This document shows, piece by piece, positions 61,732 to 64,000 of a stretch of 64,000 nt of DNA. Numbering within the stretch: position 1 is the first letter of the stretch; every line of letters starts with the position of its first letter. The stretch is from the IMG/VR virus record IMGVR_UViG_3300021197_000841, positions 1-64,000 of that record, one strand, 5' to 3'. Below the pieces are notes generated by a model, which searched no databases, was not told where the DNA came from, and saw nothing but the letters and a program-made list of their open reading frames with translations. The stretch comes from a virus. The position numbers were made by a program, and so were the translations under genes.

Positions 61732-64000
61732 ATGGCAAACGATCAATTAACAACATATAACGGTGTAGGACCAGACGGTAACTTTAGTATCGACCTGCCA
61801 GGTTGGGCAAGAGAAGCCACACAGGCTAAAATGCTAACACAACTCCGAACTATGAATAAGGAGTTTGGTAATCTTCCTAAGAATATGGAAACTGCTGTTT
61901 CTAATGCTTTAAAAGGTAATTATAAACTCTTGAAAGATTTGAATAGTAAGCAAAAGGAAACTACTAAGAATAAAAAACAAGAGGATAAAAACCAGAAACA
62001 AAATCAGAACAAAACTCAAAAAGCACAAGAAGATACTGCTAAAGCATTATTTTCCAATGCTCAGGGTATTAAAGAACTACTTGATTTAACTAAGAACGGA
62101 AATAACAGCGACAAGCAAGGAGACGGCAGTCTACTTGATTTGGCATCAAAAGTAAATCCAGTTGCTAAGATGGTCAACGGTCTTTTCAGGGTTGTTGGCG
62201 CACTTGCTGGAGTAGTAAAAGGAATACTTGGTGTAATGACTACTTTTGCTGGTTTTACCATCAGAGAGTTTTTCAAAGCATTTAATTTGTTAAATAAAGG
62301 TCTGCGTGACGGCACAGGTATGCTTGTTGGCTCATTTACTGAATCAGCAGTTAATGTAGCAAAACAGGCCGCTAGAGCAGGTCTAGGCCTATCGGAATTT
62401 CTTGACGCATTACGCGATAACTCCGAAGAAATCAGAGTGTTAGGTACAAAAGGATTTGTTGACTTACGAAATAGTGTAAGAGATGCGTCTGATGGTTTTT
62501 TTGATATGGGTTACCAGAATGAAGAAATAACAAAACTACTTGGTAGAGAAATATCGATAAGGTCATTGTTAGGTATGCGACTAGACATGGCTGGAAAAGG
62601 TTTATCAGAAGATGTAGTATATGTAGGGAAACGATTACAAACAGTTGGAGCGGCGGCAGGTATGAGTATAGAAAACTTGTATGCCGCGTCTAAATTAAGC
62701 GACGAAACAAACTCATTAATAGCCGCCAGGGCACGAAACCTAGGCGACGATGGTATATCAGCACTACAAACAAGTATAAGAGATTTATCATTGAGAATGG
62801 TAGCACTATCGCCAACTTTTGGTGCTTCCATAACTGAACCCTTGGTTAACGCCATGATAACAGGTGCTGTTGGTTTAGATCAAGGTTTTACTGATTTAGT
62901 TACTGTATTCCCTGGACTAGTAGATGCGTTTAGAATGGGCAGAGACGAAATTGCGTCAACTGGAGAATTAAGTGCCGATGGCATTACTAGCATTATTGAA
63001 TCTTTAGCAGACACCAGCGATGAAGAATTTGATAGGGCAAAAATGCTTGCCTTAATGACAAGAAATCAAACTGCAATTCAGGCAGTGAATTTTGCCAGTG
63101 AAGCACGAGCAAGAAAAAGTTTAATGGACGCCATTAATAAAGAATCGTTAACAATTAATTCAGCGGCGACTATAAGTTCCCAGGCAAAAATATTCTTTGA
63201 TTTATTAAAAGCACCATTTGAAACAATGGTTCCAAACTTTATAATGAGTGTGCTAGGTGTGCCTTCAGGAAAAGATGCTAACTTGGCCATGGTAGTAGCG
63301 AAATTTGGTGAAGAAACACAAAGGTTTTTAGTAAACCTGCCATTGATTGGTAAAGCCTTTGAAGGTGATTTCTTTGCTAATCTTTCCGCGGCCGTAGAGG
63401 CTTACTTTGATCCAGACTCAAAAGCTCAAGACCGCGAAGATGCCACAGCAAGAATAAACATAATGGTAGCAGATATGATTTCTCGTGTAGGCACAGCATT
63501 AGGTGATGGTTTGCGAGCCGGCACCATAGGCCAATCAATTGCTAAAATGTTTAGAGATTTATTCGATGACATTATCGCAAATATATACGAATCGTCAGGT
63601 GGTGTGCTCATGAAGGAATCTATGATGGGTGTCCACCTGAGAAAAGGCAACTTTAGAGAAGCATTAGAAATTGATCCTATATTTGGTAGCAATATGATGG
63701 AACAGTTGGAACAAGATTATATTAAGAAGACTGAAGATATAATGTTAGATGCTGGAGCCAATTTGGGGGCTTCTCAACTAAAAAGAGGATTTTGGGAAGA
63801 AGTTTTCATGGGCGAGATACTGGATTGGGTTGATTTTGGCAAGAACATGGGTAAAGTATTTAACGACGTCTTTGACCCGGACATGCCCGAGGATGTAAAG
63901 AAAGATATGATGGCCCGTCTTGCGGAAAGAGATCAGGATTTTGCAGATTTATTTAATGACAGTGGCTTTACTGACAAGTCCGGCAATAAAATGACTCCGG
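61732..64000 (+). CDS. Tape-measure-like protein, 3' truncated by the window edge, absent from the ORF track
   Basis: AGGA RBS, ATG 61732 MANDQLTTYNGVGPDGNFSIDLPGWAREATQAKML...; frame open at all points checked through 64000; helical Ala/Gly/Leu-rich; next to the frameshifting chaperone. Confidence 0.7.
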   Translation, partial: MANDQLTTYNGVGPDGNFSIDLPGWAREATQAKMLTQLRTMNKEFGNLPKNMETAVSNALKGNYKLLKDLNSKQKETTKNKKQEDKNQKQNQNKTQKAQEDTAKALFSNAQGIKELLDLTKNGNNSDKQGDGSLLDLASKVNPVAKMVNGLFRVVGALAGVVKGILGVMTTFAGFTIREFFKAFNLLNKGLRDGTGMLVGSFTESAVNVAKQAARAGLGLSEFLDALRDNSEEIRVLGTKGFVDLRNSVRDASDGFFDMGYQNEEITKLLGREISIRSLLGMRLDMAGKGLSEDVVYVGKRLQTVGAAAGMSIENLYAASKLSDETNSLIAARARNLGDDGISALQTSIRDLSLRMVALSPTFGASITEPLVNAMITGAVGLDQGFTDLVTVFPGLVDAFRMGRDEIASTGELSADGITSIIESLADTSDEEFDRAKMLALMTRNQTAIQAVNFASEARARKSLMDAINKESLTINSAATISSQAKIFFDLLKAPFETMVPNFIMSVLGVPSGKDANLAMVVAKFGEETQRFLVNLPLIGKAFEGDFFANLSAAVEAYFDPDSKAQDREDATARINIMVADMISRVGTALGDGLRAGTIGQSIAKMFRDLFDDIIANIYESSGGVLMKESMMGVHLRKGNFREALEIDPIFGSNMMEQLEQDYIKKTEDIMLDAGANLGASQLKRGFWEEVFMGEILDWVDFGKNMGKVFNDVFDPDMPEDVKKDMMARLAERDQDFADLFNDSGFTDKSGNKMTP

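Noticed and set aside
62061-63692. Four minus-strand ORFs at the right end
   Set aside because: Shadows of the + strand tape-measure-like frame starting at 61732, which the track missed because it has no stop in the window
1-64000. Stop-codon reassignment as in some jumbo phages
   Set aside because: Genes are full length under code 11, and TAG, TGA and TAA all end genes at coupled junctions
1-64000. Eukaryotic giant virus or bacterial chromosome origin, suggested by the PLOD-like and TonB receptor genes
   Set aside because: SD sequences, sigma70 promoters, gp55/gp46/gp47 and contractile-tail baseplate genes identify a bacteriophage

Overview
AT-rich, densely coding 64 kb segment of a large tailed (myovirus-type, probably jumbo) bacteriophage of the T4 superfamily. 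Gene order and products resemble RaK2/GAP32-like jumbo phages; this is by recognition, not a search. The standard genetic code is used. From left to right: an early sigma70-driven gene pair; a minus-strand modification operon (three Twitch/SPASM radical SAM enzymes, a 2OG-Fe(II) oxygenase, an SDR-like protein, three glycosyltransferase-like proteins); a fused GT25 + PLOD-type GT + lysyl-hydroxylase enzyme beside a prolyl-hydroxylase-like oxygenase; a virion/baseplate block (fibre, a 7573-aa giant with a collagen repeat, gp6-, gp25-, gp5-, gp53-like) interrupted by an MTA/SAH nucleosidase and a TonB-dependent receptor; a sigma70-driven gp55/gp47/gp46/methyltransferase/GIY-YIG operon; a ~500-nt highly structured non-coding region; a gp26-like chaperone with an apparent programmed -1 frameshift; and the start of a tape-measure-like gene running off the end. 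The strongest leads are the nested structured RNA candidate behind the GIY-YIG gene, the collagen-type modification machinery, the -1 frameshift, leaderless late genes (TAAATA-N5-ATG) and window-wide GCWGC/AGCT avoidance. No tRNA, rRNA or CRISPR array was seen. All product calls come from motif recognition by eye.
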